From positions 167,411 to 231,410 of the forward strand of contig JAUSNP010000003.1 of assembly GCA_030645735.1 (NCBI GenBank): 64,000 nucleotides of DNA, in the 5' to 3' direction. Below the pieces are notes generated by a model. It saw nothing but the letters and a program-made list of their open reading frames with translations, did not search any database and was not told where the DNA came from. Position 1 is the first letter of the stretch. Each line of letters opens with the position of its first letter. A program made the position numbers and the translations under genes. The DNA comes from Candidatus Moraniibacteriota bacterium (GTDB taxonomy: Bacteria > Patescibacteriota > Minisyncoccia > Moranbacterales > UBA2206). Below are positions 26,087 to 36,529 of this stretch, piece by piece.

Positions 26087-27370
26087 ATGATAAAAAAACT
26101 ACCAAAATCTCAAGTTGAATTTGAAGTGACCATCGCTTGGTCGGATTGGGAAAAATATTTAGACAAAGCAGCGGCCGAAGTGTCAGAGGAAATTAAGATT
26201 GCCGGCTTTCGTCCCGGCAAAGCTCCAAGAAAAATAGTAGAACAAAAAGTTGGCGTTGGCGTGTTGTTGAACAATGCCGCTGAAAAAGCCGTGCAAAAAA
26301 GCTATGTTGATTTCATCGTGAAAGAAAAGCTGGATGTAATTGGTGCTCCAGCTGTTGAAATCGAAGAAATTGCAACTGGTAAAGATTTGGTTTTCAAAGT
26401 GAAGGTGGCCGTGGTGCCAACAGCTGAGCTCAAAGAAGACTATAAAAAAGCCATCAAAAAAATCAACGCTGAATTTGCTGAGAAAAAAACTGATGCTACC
26501 GAAGAAGAAATTGCCAAAGAGCTTGAGCATATTGCCAATAGTCGAGTGAAGTTGGTGACGGTGGCGCGAGAAATTGCCAAGGATGATAGCACGGAAATCG
26601 ATTTCACGGTTTTGGTGGATGGCGTGCCGATTGAAGGTGGAACTAGCAAGAAACATCCATTGGTAATTGGCAAGGGAGTTTTCATTCCTGGTTTTGAAGA
26701 AAACTTGATCGGCATGAAAGAGGGCGAGGAGAAAGAATTTGAATTGAAATTTCCAGCTGAATATCACAAAAAAGATTTGGCTGGCAAGATGGCAACTTTC
26801 AAAGTGAAAGTTGGCATAGTGCAAGCAAGACAGACCCCAGAAATTAATGATGAGTTTGCAAAATCATTGGGAGATTTTGAAAATCTAGATGCTTTGAAGA
26901 AAAATTTGAAAGAAGGCATTGAAGAGGAAAACGCTCACAAGACGAGTGAAGAAAAAAGAACTCAATTTTTAGAAAAAATTGTGGATAGTCTGAAAGTTGA
27001 ATTGCCAGAAATCATGATTCAAGAGGAGACACAAAAAATGTTGCTTGAATTTGATCAACAAACTCAGTCCATGGGCATGAACATTGATCAATATTTGGCG
27101 CAACTTAAAAAGGAAAAGAAAGACCTGGAAAAAGATTGGGCGCCACAAGCGGAAAAAAGAGTGAAATCTGCTTTGGCCTTGCGAGAGATTGTGAAGATGG
27201 AGGAAATCAAGGTTGATGCAGCTGAAATTGAAGTAGAAATGAATAAGACCGTACAATACTATAAGAATGTGAAAGACTTCGATAAAAATATTGATATGGA
27301 AAGACTATATTCATACACTAAAGGTATTTTAGAAAATGAAGAAGTTTTCAAGATGCTAGAGAAAATTTAA
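26087..27370 (+). CDS. tig: Trigger factor
   Basis: N-terminal ribosome-binding GFRPGKAPRKIVEQK, a central PPIase-like domain and the C-terminal arm; 427 aa. Confidence 0.9.
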   Translation: MIKKLPKSQVEFEVTIAWSDWEKYLDKAAAEVSEEIKIAGFRPGKAPRKIVEQKVGVGVLLNNAAEKAVQKSYVDFIVKEKLDVIGAPAVEIEEIATGKDLVFKVKVAVVPTAELKEDYKKAIKKINAEFAEKKTDATEEEIAKELEHIANSRVKLVTVAREIAKDDSTEIDFTVLVDGVPIEGGTSKKHPLVIGKGVFIPGFEENLIGMKEGEEKEFELKFPAEYHKKDLAGKMATFKVKVGIVQARQTPEINDEFAKSLGDFENLDALKKNLKEGIEEENAHKTSEEKRTQFLEKIVDSLKVELPEIMIQEETQKMLLEFDQQTQSMGMNIDQYLAQLKKEKKDLEKDWAPQAEKRVKSALALREIVKMEEIKVDAAEIEVEMNKTVQYYKNVKDFDKNIDMERLYSYTKGILENEEVFKMLEKI

Positions 27371-27391
27371 TCTCACTTTGCAGAAACAAAA

Positions 27392-27420
27392 AGCTCACTG
27401 TGTCCCAGTGAGCTTTTTAA
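27392..27420. terminator. Bidirectional terminator between tig and gpmI
   Basis: aaaaagctcactgtgtcccagtgagcttttt. Confidence 0.7.
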
Positions 27421-27429
27421 ATTTCTAAT

Positions 27430-28986
27430 TTATTTAAGTAATGATAGGAGGCTTTCTCCCGTCATCTCTTCTGGCTTTGCAATTTCCATCAGATCCAAGA
27501 CTGTTGGCGCAATGTCACTCAAAAGTCCTTGCGGGTCACTTTCTTTTTTGTTAGCTTGCGTGTGATGATTTTCGCTGGTGATAAACCAAAGCGGAACGGG
27601 GTTGGTTGAATGTTCTGTATTGATTTCTCCAGTCAGACTGCTAGTGATTTCCTCAGCATTGCCATGGTCGGCGGTGATGAGAATAGCGCCTTTTTTCAGG
27701 AGCACTGCAGGAATCAATCTTTCCAAACATTTGTCGATGGCTTCAACGGCTTTGATGGCGGCTGCTTCTTTGCCAGTGTGGCCAACAATGTCTGCATTGG
27801 CATAGTTAATTAGGATGAAATCATATTTTTCTTTTTCAACAACATCAATAACTTTGTCAGTTATTTCTTCGGCGCTCATTTCTGGTGCCAAATCAAAGCT
27901 GGCGACATTTTTGGAGGGAATGATGAGTCGATCTTCTTTTGGAAAAGCGTCTTCCTGTCCGCCATTGAAGAAATAGGTTACATGGGCGAATTTTTCTGTT
28001 TCCGAAATGCGCAGTTGGGATTTATTTTTTTGGCTAATTAGTTTGCCAAGGCAATTAGTTATTTTGATCGGTTCAAAAGCCACACTCACTGGCAAGCCAT
28101 CTTCATATTGGGTCATGGTGACAAAATCAATATTTTTCAAAGCTGTTTTTTTGAATTTCATAAAGCCAGGCAGAACAAACGCTTTGGTAATTTGTCTGGC
28201 GCGATCTTCGCGGAAGTTGAAAAAAATTATGGAATCGTTATCTTTGATATTTCCAACGGGCACTCCTTTTTCAGTGACAACTGCGGGTTCAATATATTCA
28301 TCAAAAACATCTTTGGCATAGGAAGCTTTGAGATATTTAACTGGGTCAGCGATTTGCTCGCCTTTTCCAAGCACCATGGCTTCATAGGCTTTTTGAATGC
28401 GATCCCAATTATTATTTCTATCCATGCCGAAATAGCGACCGCCGATAGTCGCAATTTTGCCAACGCCATAGCTGTCCAATTTTTTCTGAAGTTCACCCAT
28501 CGATTGTGCAGCAGAATCTGGCGCGCAATCCCGACCATCTGTGAAGATATGCAAGAATACATTCTTAACTTGTTGGTCGCGAGCCAATTCTAGAAGTGCA
28601 TAGAGATGATCAGTGTGTGAATGCACAGCGCCCTTGCCAACTAAGCCCATCAAATGCAAAGCGCCATTGTTGGCGTTGGCATTGCTCATGGCTTTCAAAA
28701 AACTTTTGTGTTTGTAAAACTCGCCATTTTGGATTTCCATGGCGATGCGTGGCAAACTCTGGTAAATTATTTTGCCAGTGCCGATGGTTGTGTGTCCAAC
28801 TTCCGAGTTGCCAGGCTCTCCCCAAGGCAGTCCAACTGAAATGCCTGAAGCTTGCAGACTAGTACGGGGATAGAAATCATTTAATTTGTTTATTGTTGGC
28901 AAGGTAGCGGCAGCGATAGCGTTGCCTTTGTCAGTCTTACCAATGCCCCAACCATCGAGAATTATAAGAATTACTGGTTTGTACAT
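27430..28986 (-). CDS. gpmI: 2,3-bisphosphoglycerate-independent phosphoglycerate mutase
   Basis: MYKPVILIILDGWG N-terminus typical of iPGM; 518 aa. Confidence 0.9.
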   Translation of the reverse strand: MYKPVILIILDGWGIGKTDKGNAIAAATLPTINKLNDFYPRTSLQASGISVGLPWGEPGNSEVGHTTIGTGKIIYQSLPRIAMEIQNGEFYKHKSFLKAMSNANANNGALHLMGLVGKGAVHSHTDHLYALLELARDQQVKNVFLHIFTDGRDCAPDSAAQSMGELQKKLDSYGVGKIATIGGRYFGMDRNNNWDRIQKAYEAMVLGKGEQIADPVKYLKASYAKDVFDEYIEPAVVTEKGVPVGNIKDNDSIIFFNFREDRARQITKAFVLPGFMKFKKTALKNIDFVTMTQYEDGLPVSVAFEPIKITNCLGKLISQKNKSQLRISETEKFAHVTYFFNGGQEDAFPKEDRLIIPSKNVASFDLAPEMSAEEITDKVIDVVEKEKYDFILINYANADIVGHTGKEAAAIKAVEAIDKCLERLIPAVLLKKGAILITADHGNAEEITSSLTGEINTEHSTNPVPLWFITSENHHTQANKKESDPQGLLSDIAPTVLDLMEIAKPEEMTGESLLSLLK

Positions 28987-29294
28987 ATTTTTTTGTTTAT
29001 TTTGTATTTATATATAAGAATAATATCATTTTAGATTGTCTTTGACAAAAAGTCTTATTTGTAATAAGATTTTACTTGTATCCTCACATTTTTTATTCCG
29101 AGTTAAAAAGAGATATTTGGGCGAAATTCGCACAATTTATCTAGGGATAATGGCTTAGGAGGCGCAAATATAATAAATTGTTTAAAATGATTTATTTGCT
29201 TGATAAATTAAGTATAATAAGTAAGTATCGCTTTACTAACATATAAAAATGATCGTTACTAACACTATTTATCAACTGAATAGAGGAAAATACC

Positions 29295-30812
29295 ATGGAA
29301 ATCGTAATTGGGGTTTTGAGCTTGGTAATCGGCACTGGAGCGGGTTACTTCGTTAGACAATCAATTGCCAAAAAGCAATTGAACACTGCAGAAGGTCGAG
29401 CTTCTAAGATTGTAGAAGAAGCTGAAAAAAAGTCACAAGAGCTTGTGATTGAAGCAAAAGGTAAGGCAGTGGACATCTTAGAGGAGGCAAAAAAGAAAGA
29501 GGCGGAGAAAGAAAGACAAATCATCCGCACCGAAGAGCGACTTGAAAAGAGAGAAATCACCCTCGATACTAAAATGGAGGAAATTGAACGTGGGCGAACA
29601 ATGTTAGAGAAGAAGGCTGAGGAAATTCGCCAAATCAAAAAAGAAGTTGAAGAAACTCGCGCTCAAGAACTCAAGAGACTTGAAAAAATCGCTGGTCTTT
29701 CCAAAGAAGATGCCAAAGCGGTTCTTTTGCAATTGACTGAAGAAGAGAGTCGCGACATTCTAGCTAAAAGAATCAAAGACTTGGAAGCTAATGGTATTGA
29801 AGAATTGAACAAGAAGGCCAAGGACATTATGACTTCAGCTATTCAAAAATATGCTGGTTCTCATTCAGCTGATGTGACCACAAGCACGGTGAGCATCCCA
29901 TCTGATGAAGTGAAGGGTCGCATCATTGGTCGCGAAGGACGAAACATCAAAGCTCTGGAAAGGTTGACTGGCATTGAAATTATCGTAGATGACACGCCGG
30001 AAGCTATTGTGATTTCTGGTTTTGATCCAATTCGCAGGGAGACTGCCAAAATTGCTATTGAAAAATTGGTGGGTGATGGACGCATCCATCCGACTAAGAT
30101 TGAGGAAGCGGTGGAATTTGCTAAATCTGAAGTGAACAACAAGATTCGAGAAGCTGGCGAAGCGGCCGCGTATGACTGTGGTGTGGCAGGACTTGATCCA
30201 AAACTTATTCAAATTTTGGGAAGACTACGTTATCGAACTAGTTATGGACAAAATGCGCTTTTGCATTCATTGGAAGTTGCTCATTTGTCAGGCGCTTTGG
30301 CTTCAGAACTGGGAGCAGACGTGGCGATTGCCAAGAAGGCTGGACTTTTGCATGATATTGGAAAAGCTATTGACCATGAAGTTGAAGGAACTCACGTTGA
30401 AATCGGAATCAAGATTTTGCAGAAATTCAACATTGGCAAAGAAATCATTGATGCTATGCGCTCACATCATGAAGACTATCCATTTGAAAGTCCTGAATCA
30501 ATGATCATCGCTGCAGCTGATGCAATCTCAGCTAGTCGTCCAGGAGCTCGAAAAGATACTTTGGAAAATTATTTGAAGAGATTAGGTGAATTGGAAGATG
30601 TGGTGAACTCATTTGAAGAAGTGGAAAAGAGTTATGCTATTCAAGCCGGGAGAGAAATTCGTGTGTTTGTTCGACCCGACAAAACAGATGATCTTGGTGC
30701 TATCAAATTGGCTCGCGCTATTGCGGACAAGATTGAAACAGAATTGAAATATCCAGGTGAAGTCAAAGTGAATGTTATTCGCGAAACCAGAGCCACTGAG
30801 ATTGCCAGATAA
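29295..30812 (+). CDS. rny: Ribonuclease Y
   Basis: N-terminal TM helix, coiled coil, KH domain (GRIIGREGRNIKALE) and HD domain (LHDIGKAIDHE). Confidence 0.9.
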   Translation: MEIVIGVLSLVIGTGAGYFVRQSIAKKQLNTAEGRASKIVEEAEKKSQELVIEAKGKAVDILEEAKKKEAEKERQIIRTEERLEKREITLDTKMEEIERGRTMLEKKAEEIRQIKKEVEETRAQELKRLEKIAGLSKEDAKAVLLQLTEEESRDILAKRIKDLEANGIEELNKKAKDIMTSAIQKYAGSHSADVTTSTVSIPSDEVKGRIIGREGRNIKALERLTGIEIIVDDTPEAIVISGFDPIRRETAKIAIEKLVGDGRIHPTKIEEAVEFAKSEVNNKIREAGEAAAYDCGVAGLDPKLIQILGRLRYRTSYGQNALLHSLEVAHLSGALASELGADVAIAKKAGLLHDIGKAIDHEVEGTHVEIGIKILQKFNIGKEIIDAMRSHHEDYPFESPESMIIAAADAISASRPGARKDTLENYLKRLGELEDVVNSFEEVEKSYAIQAGREIRVFVRPDKTDDLGAIKLARAIADKIETELKYPGEVKVNVIRETRATEIAR

Positions 30813-30995
30813 TTATTATTATCCTATTTTCGTTATATGTTTCGCGTTGCGCGATATGCGATAGGGGTTGTGGATAACTAGATTTGCCTTATTTAAAACA
30901 AAAAGAGTACAATAGACTAAGAGGGAAAACAAATATAAATAGATAAGTCCTGTTCGCTCTATTTATGATAGGCACAGGATAAACTAGAAAGGCGG

Positions 30996-31286
30996 GTGAC
31001 AACTATGATAAATGTAAACAAAGATGCGTTGGTATCAGCAATCGCAACAAAGACAGATCAATCCAAGAAAGATGTTGAGATGGTAATTGATACTATGATT
31101 GAAGAAGTGACTAAATCTTTGCAAGCTGGAAACAAAGTTACCCTAACAGGTTTCGGAACTTTCAAAGTTTCAGCCCGAGCTGCAAGAGTTGGAATCAATC
31201 CTCAAACTAAGGCTTCAATCCAAATCCCTGCAATGACAGTGCCAAAATTTACTGCTGGAAAAGCATTAAAAGAAGCTGTTAAATAA
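30996..31286 (+). CDS. hup: DNA-binding protein HU (start may be 31005, MINVNKD)
   Basis: GFGTFKVSARAARVGINPQTKASIQIPAMTVPKFTAGKALK is the HU/IHF signature. Confidence 0.9.
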   Translation: MTTMINVNKDALVSAIATKTDQSKKDVEMVIDTMIEEVTKSLQAGNKVTLTGFGTFKVSARAARVGINPQTKASIQIPAMTVPKFTAGKALKEAVK

Positions 31287-31321
31287 ATTTCTTCTCTGTT
31301 ATAATAAACATCAGAAGATAG

Positions 31322-31349
31322 TGATAAAATCCCGAGTGATCGGGATTTT
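31322..31349 (+). terminator. Rho-independent terminator after hup
   Basis: aaatcccgagtgatcgggattttatt. Confidence 0.7.
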
Positions 31350-31358
31350 ATTATAGGC

Positions 31359-31560
31359 GGTTCGCCACTTTCTTTGGCAGCAAAGAACGTGGCAGAAAGA
31401 AACTGCCACACCGGCTTGTGCTGTCTAAATTCTCAGATTATTCGCTAAAATTCCAATAAGTGTTAGAAAGGCTCTCTAGTATGTAATTTTTTAACGCTCA
31501 TAATCTGGAATTTAGAAACGCACTAACGCCAAGGTGTGGATTTTTTTTAAAATTAAACAA
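31359..31560 (+). repeat. Modular intergenic repeat, copy C
   Basis: ggttcgccactttctttggcagcaaagaacgtggc...ccggcttgtgctgtctaaattctcag...aacgctcataatctggaatttagaaacgcac; shows compensatory changes relative to copies B and D. Confidence 0.8.
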
Positions 31561-31599
31561 ACAAAAAAAGCTATCCTTGCGGATAACTTTTTTTGAATG

Positions 31600-31671
31600 A
31601 GCGGGTAGGGGGAATCGAACCCCCCTCCTCAGCTTGGAAGGCTGATATAATAGCCACTATACGACACCCGC
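31600..31671 (-). tRNA. tRNA-Gly (anticodon TCC)
   Basis: Reverse complement gcgggtg...tcagc-cTTCCaa-gctga...ggggg-ttcgatt-ccccc-tacccgc-t. Confidence 0.8.
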
Positions 31672-31694
31672 TTATATTCTATTTTCAAACCTAC

Positions 31695-31768
31695 TGGTCG
31701 GGGCGCCGAGACTCGAACTCGGACTACTTGGTCCCAAACCAAGCGCGCTACCATTACACAACGCCCCG
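31695..31768 (-). tRNA. tRNA-Pro (anticodon TGG), CCA encoded
   Basis: Reverse complement cggggcg...cttgg-tTTGGGa-ccaag-tagt-ccgag-ttcgagt-ctcgg-cgccccg-a-cca. G37 is typical for Pro. Confidence 0.8.
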
Positions 31769-31897
31769 TAAACATTTTTAAATCAATATATCCATAGTAG
31801 CGGTTATTTGATGGGAAGTCAATAATGCGCCAAGGACAGGCTTAATCTGTCTAGGTATATTTTATTAAAATCTAGCTTTGATTTAAATGTCATTTGC

Positions 31898-33157
31898 GTG
31901 TATACTAGAGTCGAGAAAAATTTGAAATTTATGGAAAATTATTCAAACAATCAGGAGAAAAATTCATGGATGCATATCCAGATTCATTTTGGCGTGGCGC
32001 TTTTGACTGTGTTGGTTTTGACGGGCGGAGTTTTGAAGATTTTGTATGATGGGTTGAGAGAATTTCCAGCGCAAGAGATGGACAATTCTGTTTATGCTAG
32101 ACTAGCTGAATCTAGAAAACAAAAATTGGCAGCTGTGTCAGCAGATGGTCCAGCGCGACATTTTTCACCTGGGCCAATCTCGATGAAACTAATCAAAAGC
32201 AATGGCTGTGTAGCAGATGGTTTGTTGTCAGGTTATGGTGAGAAGACAAAAGAAATTATCAATACTATTAATCGCTCAGAATGTGTGTATTTGCATAGAT
32301 CATTGGAGACCTGGCTCAAGGTTCCAGATTTCAGCCAGGCCTTTGATATTATGGAGCGAATTGAAAATCGACCAATTGTTTATGGCATGTTTTTGGCAGA
32401 GGCGATTTCAACTAGAAAAAAATATGAAGATCCAAATTCTGGAGAAACTTTTCAATATGACGAGATGTGCCGCGAAGGGACGGAAGGCCGTTGGGGAAAA
32501 GATACTTGTATTCCGACCATTCAAAATGTAGAGTATCGTCGATATTTGAAAGCTGTGACTCGTCGGGCAATGGATGTTGGCATTCAAAGCTTTCTTTTCG
32601 GTCAAATCATGCTTCAAGACGAAAATTCCAATTTTGAACAAACAGAGATGAAAAAAATCTTGGCGGACATGCGTCAATATGCCAAAGAACGTGGCATGCA
32701 AATCATTGTCGGAGCGCAGACTGATGAAATAACGGATGAAAGATATTTGCGGATGTTTGATTATATTGAAGGCGGAGTGGGCATAGATGACGCGGGCAAT
32801 GTGGAGAATCAAGCGTGTTTCAGCGGCCACTCCAATTGTTGGGCGCTACTTTGGAATGAAAAATATAGTTCCAAAGCGAATAACGTTTTGTTGCACTTAG
32901 ATTGGAGCGGCTTGGTTTGGGATGATATGGGCGTGTTTGCTCGAATGACCAAGGAAAAAAGAATTGAAACACTGGCTAATCTATATCAAAAATTCACTTC
33001 GCAAAATATGGGCTTCATGATGCCATATCTAGCCGTGCTCAATCATGACAACGATGGCTGTTATGGACCCAACAAACATTTCTATGTGCCAAGCAAGAAA
33101 TATAAATGCAAAGATGAAGATCAGATAAAAGAAATTATGCGAGACATAGTGCTATAA
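31898..33157 (+). CDS. Hypothetical membrane-anchored protein (possible glycoside-hydrolase-like fold, unassigned)
   Basis: 419 aa. One N-terminal TM segment. No confident motif. Confidence 0.5.
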   Translation: MYTRVEKNLKFMENYSNNQEKNSWMHIQIHFGVALLTVLVLTGGVLKILYDGLREFPAQEMDNSVYARLAESRKQKLAAVSADGPARHFSPGPISMKLIKSNGCVADGLLSGYGEKTKEIINTINRSECVYLHRSLETWLKVPDFSQAFDIMERIENRPIVYGMFLAEAISTRKKYEDPNSGETFQYDEMCREGTEGRWGKDTCIPTIQNVEYRRYLKAVTRRAMDVGIQSFLFGQIMLQDENSNFEQTEMKKILADMRQYAKERGMQIIVGAQTDEITDERYLRMFDYIEGGVGIDDAGNVENQACFSGHSNCWALLWNEKYSSKANNVLLHLDWSGLVWDDMGVFARMTKEKRIETLANLYQKFTSQNMGFMMPYLAVLNHDNDGCYGPNKHFYVPSKKYKCKDEDQIKEIMRDIVL

Positions 33158-33160
33158 TGA

Positions 33161-33895
33161 ATGTGTATGAATAGAAAAATAAAACTAACAATAATTTTTT
33201 TACTGGCGGGGTGTCTTTTTTGGGCAAGTTGGTATTTTCTGCGAGACTCACAAGTTAAGAAAGTTGAGATCGTAGGCAGTGAACAACAGCCAATAGAAGA
33301 AAATATTGAAACTGGCGACAAGTCAATTACAGACACGCCCATTGCCTCGGTGGGTTCAAGCTTTGAGAAAGAGCCAGTTGTGGTGATTGAGGATAAGAAT
33401 GAAGACAACGTGGAACCTAGTGCAAATAGCAGTAAATTAAAAATTGTGAATAAATTAGTGGATTCTGGTTTTCAGGCGGCTAACGGTCGGAAAATTGACA
33501 CCATTATCATTCATTCATCCTATGATGCCCTAGGCGACGACCCATTCAGCATAAATGGTATTATCAAGGAATATCGTGATTATGGCGTCTCAGCGCATTA
33601 TTTGATTGGCAGAGATGGCACAATCTATCGTTTAGTTCAGGAAAAGAATATTGCCTATCATGCCGGTGTGAGTTCGGTGCCAGATGGCCGAACAGGCGTA
33701 AATGCTTTTTCTTTGGGAATTGAGATGGTCAACACCAAAACAGGCCAGATGACAGCTCAGCAATACGGGGCGCTAAAAAGCCTTATTATAGACATTAAAA
33801 GTCGATATGGGATTAAGTATGTCCTAGGGCATAATCAAATTGCTCCTGGTCGAAAAGATGATCCATGGAACTTCAACTGGAATAAGTTGAAATAA
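33161..33895 (+). CDS. N-acetylmuramoyl-L-alanine amidase (Amidase_2/PGRP domain), membrane-anchored
   Basis: N-terminal TM. IDTIIIHSS...AHYLIGRDGTIY...AYHAG...NAFSLGIEM...GHNQIAPGRKDDP matches the Amidase_2 zinc-amidase pattern. Confidence 0.75.
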   Translation: MCMNRKIKLTIIFLLAGCLFWASWYFLRDSQVKKVEIVGSEQQPIEENIETGDKSITDTPIASVGSSFEKEPVVVIEDKNEDNVEPSANSSKLKIVNKLVDSGFQAANGRKIDTIIIHSSYDALGDDPFSINGIIKEYRDYGVSAHYLIGRDGTIYRLVQEKNIAYHAGVSSVPDGRTGVNAFSLGIEMVNTKTGQMTAQQYGALKSLIIDIKSRYGIKYVLGHNQIAPGRKDDPWNFNWNKLK

Positions 33896-34014
33896 GGCTT
33901 CATTTCAGCCACAATCTTTTCTTGATAAAACTCTCAGCATTTGGCATTGGACGGATTTTGTGGTTGTTGATATAATGATAACTGCTTTAAATCAAAAGTA
34001 TAAGAAATAATTTT

Positions 34015-34347
34015 ATGGAAATGAAAAATAAATTTGAAAAATTTCTGATGACAATCTCGAGTGTTTTTTTGTTGGCGATTATTGTCTTGGGTTTCAAGGT
34101 TGAAAATGACAATAAAAAAATTACTCAGATTTTGGAAAGTTTGAACACCGACCCAGGTAATGGCAACGCAGTCATTAGCCAAACGCGTGAACAAATTTTG
34201 GCGCAAGCGGCTCAGGCTCCATCTCAGGATGTCACGCAGAATGTAGTTAAAAAAACTATTATTCCAGGAAAAGTTATTAAGCAAACTGTGCCAGTGGCTT
34301 CCACGGCTAAAACAACGACAACCAAGAAAACAACTAAAACATCTTAA
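34015..34347 (+). CDS. Small membrane-anchored hypothetical protein (Thr/Lys-rich C-terminus)
   Basis: 110 aa, N-terminal TM helix. Confidence 0.4.
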   Translation: MEMKNKFEKFLMTISSVFLLAIIVLGFKVENDNKKITQILESLNTDPGNGNAVISQTREQILAQAAQAPSQDVTQNVVKKTIIPGKVIKQTVPVASTAKTTTTKKTTKTS

Positions 34348-34358
34348 TTTAAAACAAA

Positions 34359-34745
34359 ATGTTGATAAATAATTACAAAAAAATAATTGGATTGCTTGGG
34401 GTTGTAATGATAGCAGTGTTTGTTTTTAATATTCCAGCAATTCAAAATAAAATTGCAGACAATGTTAACACCGCTTGGGCGGATGATGACGAAGAAGAAT
34501 ATGATGATGAGGATAACAGAGTTATTAATACCGCGCCTGAGAGTAACGTTGTGCAAAAAACAGAAACCAAAACGATTTATACAAAACTTAGTGACACAGT
34601 TAGCACAACTACTACCACAATAACCAAGCATGACTCAGATGGCGATGGCATGTATGACGAAGAGGATCCACATCCCACTATCAATGAGAGTTTCATTGTG
34701 AAGGATGATAATCTAAATGGCATTGATGATCGCTATGAACAATAG
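34359..34745 (+). CDS. Small membrane-anchored acidic protein with DxDxDG calcium-binding-like motif
   Basis: N-terminal TM. DDDEEEYDDED tract. DSDGDGMYDEEDPHPT. Confidence 0.4.
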   Translation: MLINNYKKIIGLLGVVMIAVFVFNIPAIQNKIADNVNTAWADDDEEEYDDEDNRVINTAPESNVVQKTETKTIYTKLSDTVSTTTTTITKHDSDGDGMYDEEDPHPTINESFIVKDDNLNGIDDRYEQ

Positions 34746-35667
34746 AATCGTGTTTGATAATTTTCGGGCCATGGGTACTGATATTTCAGTTGAAATTGTT
34801 GTTAGTCAAGAGCAGGAAAAACAAGCGCATGAAGCATTGCAAAGAGTCAAAGAAATTTTTGCAGAGAATGAAAAAATATTTAGTCGCTTTGACGACGGGA
34901 GTGAACTTTCAAAAATAAACGCTAGTCTGAACAAAGAAATTGCTGTGTCCGACAAAATGTTTGAAGTGTTGGAATTATGTGTGAAATTCAATACAATTTC
35001 TGATGGCTATTTTGATCCACGGGTAATTGGTGTTCTGGAAAAAATCGGTTATGACAAAGATTTCAAAAGTAATGACTTGAATACAAAAGAGGCAAAGGAG
35101 ATTGAGGCGGAAAAATTTGAAGCTGATTTGCTAGAAGATTTGATTCTGGATGCGGAGAGAAAAACAGTCTTGATTCACAAACGAATTGATACGACTGGCA
35201 TTGCTAAGGGCTATACGGTGGACGAGGTAGCGCAATATTTGAAAAAAGAGGGATGGGAAAATTTTGTAGTTGACGCAGGTGGTGATATGTTTGCGCAAGG
35301 TTTGAATGAAGATTCCAAGAACTGGACAATCGGCGTGGAGGGTGCGCCAGATGACAAAGTTGTGCTAAAATTGCAACAAGAAGGCATTGCCACTTCAGGC
35401 ATCTCGCGCAAGCGTTGGACGATTGGCGACAAGAAGGTGCATCATTTGATCAATCCGAAGGATCCAGAAAATTTTTCCTATGATATTAAGACGGTGACGG
35501 TGATTGATATAAAAACAGTTGAAGCTGACGGGCGTGCCAAAACATTGGTGTTGATGGGGAAAGAAAAAGGCTTGGAGTTTGCCAATAAAAATAATATAAA
35601 GGCCTTGTTTCTCGATTATCGAGGCAATGTCTATTTATCAGATGAAATCAAAAATAATATCTTATAG
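34717..35667 (+). CDS. apbE: FAD:protein FMN transferase (ApbE/Ftp family)
   Basis: N-terminal FRAMGT motif, ApbE fold over ~300 aa, TSGISRKRW region. Confidence 0.75.
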   Translation: MALMIAMNNRIVFDNFRAMGTDISVEIVVSQEQEKQAHEALQRVKEIFAENEKIFSRFDDGSELSKINASLNKEIAVSDKMFEVLELCVKFNTISDGYFDPRVIGVLEKIGYDKDFKSNDLNTKEAKEIEAEKFEADLLEDLILDAERKTVLIHKRIDTTGIAKGYTVDEVAQYLKKEGWENFVVDAGGDMFAQGLNEDSKNWTIGVEGAPDDKVVLKLQQEGIATSGISRKRWTIGDKKVHHLINPKDPENFSYDIKTVTVIDIKTVEADGRAKTLVLMGKEKGLEFANKNNIKALFLDYRGNVYLSDEIKNNIL

Positions 35668-36529
35668 TTTCATAGTTGTAGCAACATTCAGCTTGCTGAC
35701 TTTTTCGTTTGCACGAGCTGAAGAAGATGAAATCAAAAAGGTTGATTATAACAAAGAAGTCATTGTTGACAGTGACTTGGATGGCCTGACTGACAAAGGC
35801 GAACAGCAAATCTATAATACTAATCCGGCCAGTATTGATTCTGATGGTGACAGCTATTTGGATGGCGCCGAAGTTTTGGCTGACACTGATCCGATGGATG
35901 CTCAAGACTATCCCGGCCATCGCGCACTTGATATTGCGAAAATCACGGATGCAGTGAATCAAGAAATTCCGTGGGCGTGGTATGTTTCGCGTGCAGCTGG
36001 AATTTTGGGTTTCATTTTTTTGTGGATAACAATTTTCTTGGGGCTGTCTATTCGCAATCCATTGTTGAAAAGATTCATTGAACCGATTTATAGTTTTGAC
36101 TTTCATTGTTTCACGGCGGCCGTGGCAGTTTTTTGGGCCTTAGTGCATGGCACTAGTTTTCTATTTGATTCAATGATCGGTTTTGGCATCAAGGATGTAG
36201 CCATTCCTTTTTATACTCAATCAGAATTGATACATGGCAATGCTTTGGCGCTAGGCATCATGGCTTTCTATGCCATGGTTGTTATGACCATCACTTCATA
36301 TCTGCGAGCTCACATGAGTCACTGGCTGTGGCGAGCTTTGCATTTTCTGAACCCCTTGGCATTTATTTTTGTAGTCATACATGGCTATGTAATTGGCACA
36401 GATATGAAAAACTTCTATATTGGCAGCGCCTTCCTCTTCTCGTCATTTCTGTTGGCCTTGATTTATCTTTCAAGTTTGGTGTTTGTGATAGTGAATAAAT
36501 TCAAGAGAAAAGATGAACATTCAAATTAA
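35627..36529 (+). CDS. Membrane protein: N-terminal secreted DxDxDG (thrombospondin-type-3-like) Ca-binding repeats + C-terminal ferric-reductase-like (YedZ/MsrQ-like) multi-His transmembrane domain
   Basis: DSDLDGLTDKGEQQ...DSDGDSYLDGAE...DTDPMD, then 5-6 TM helices with conserved His (HCFTAAVAVFWALVHG; HGNALALG; HMSHWLWRALHFLNP; VVIHGYVIG). Confidence 0.5.
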   Translation: MSIYQMKSKIISYSFIVVATFSLLTFSFARAEEDEIKKVDYNKEVIVDSDLDGLTDKGEQQIYNTNPASIDSDGDSYLDGAEVLADTDPMDAQDYPGHRALDIAKITDAVNQEIPWAWYVSRAAGILGFIFLWITIFLGLSIRNPLLKRFIEPIYSFDFHCFTAAVAVFWALVHGTSFLFDSMIGFGIKDVAIPFYTQSELIHGNALALGIMAFYAMVVMTITSYLRAHMSHWLWRALHFLNPLAFIFVVIHGYVIGTDMKNFYIGSAFLFSSFLLALIYLSSLVFVIVNKFKRKDEHSN

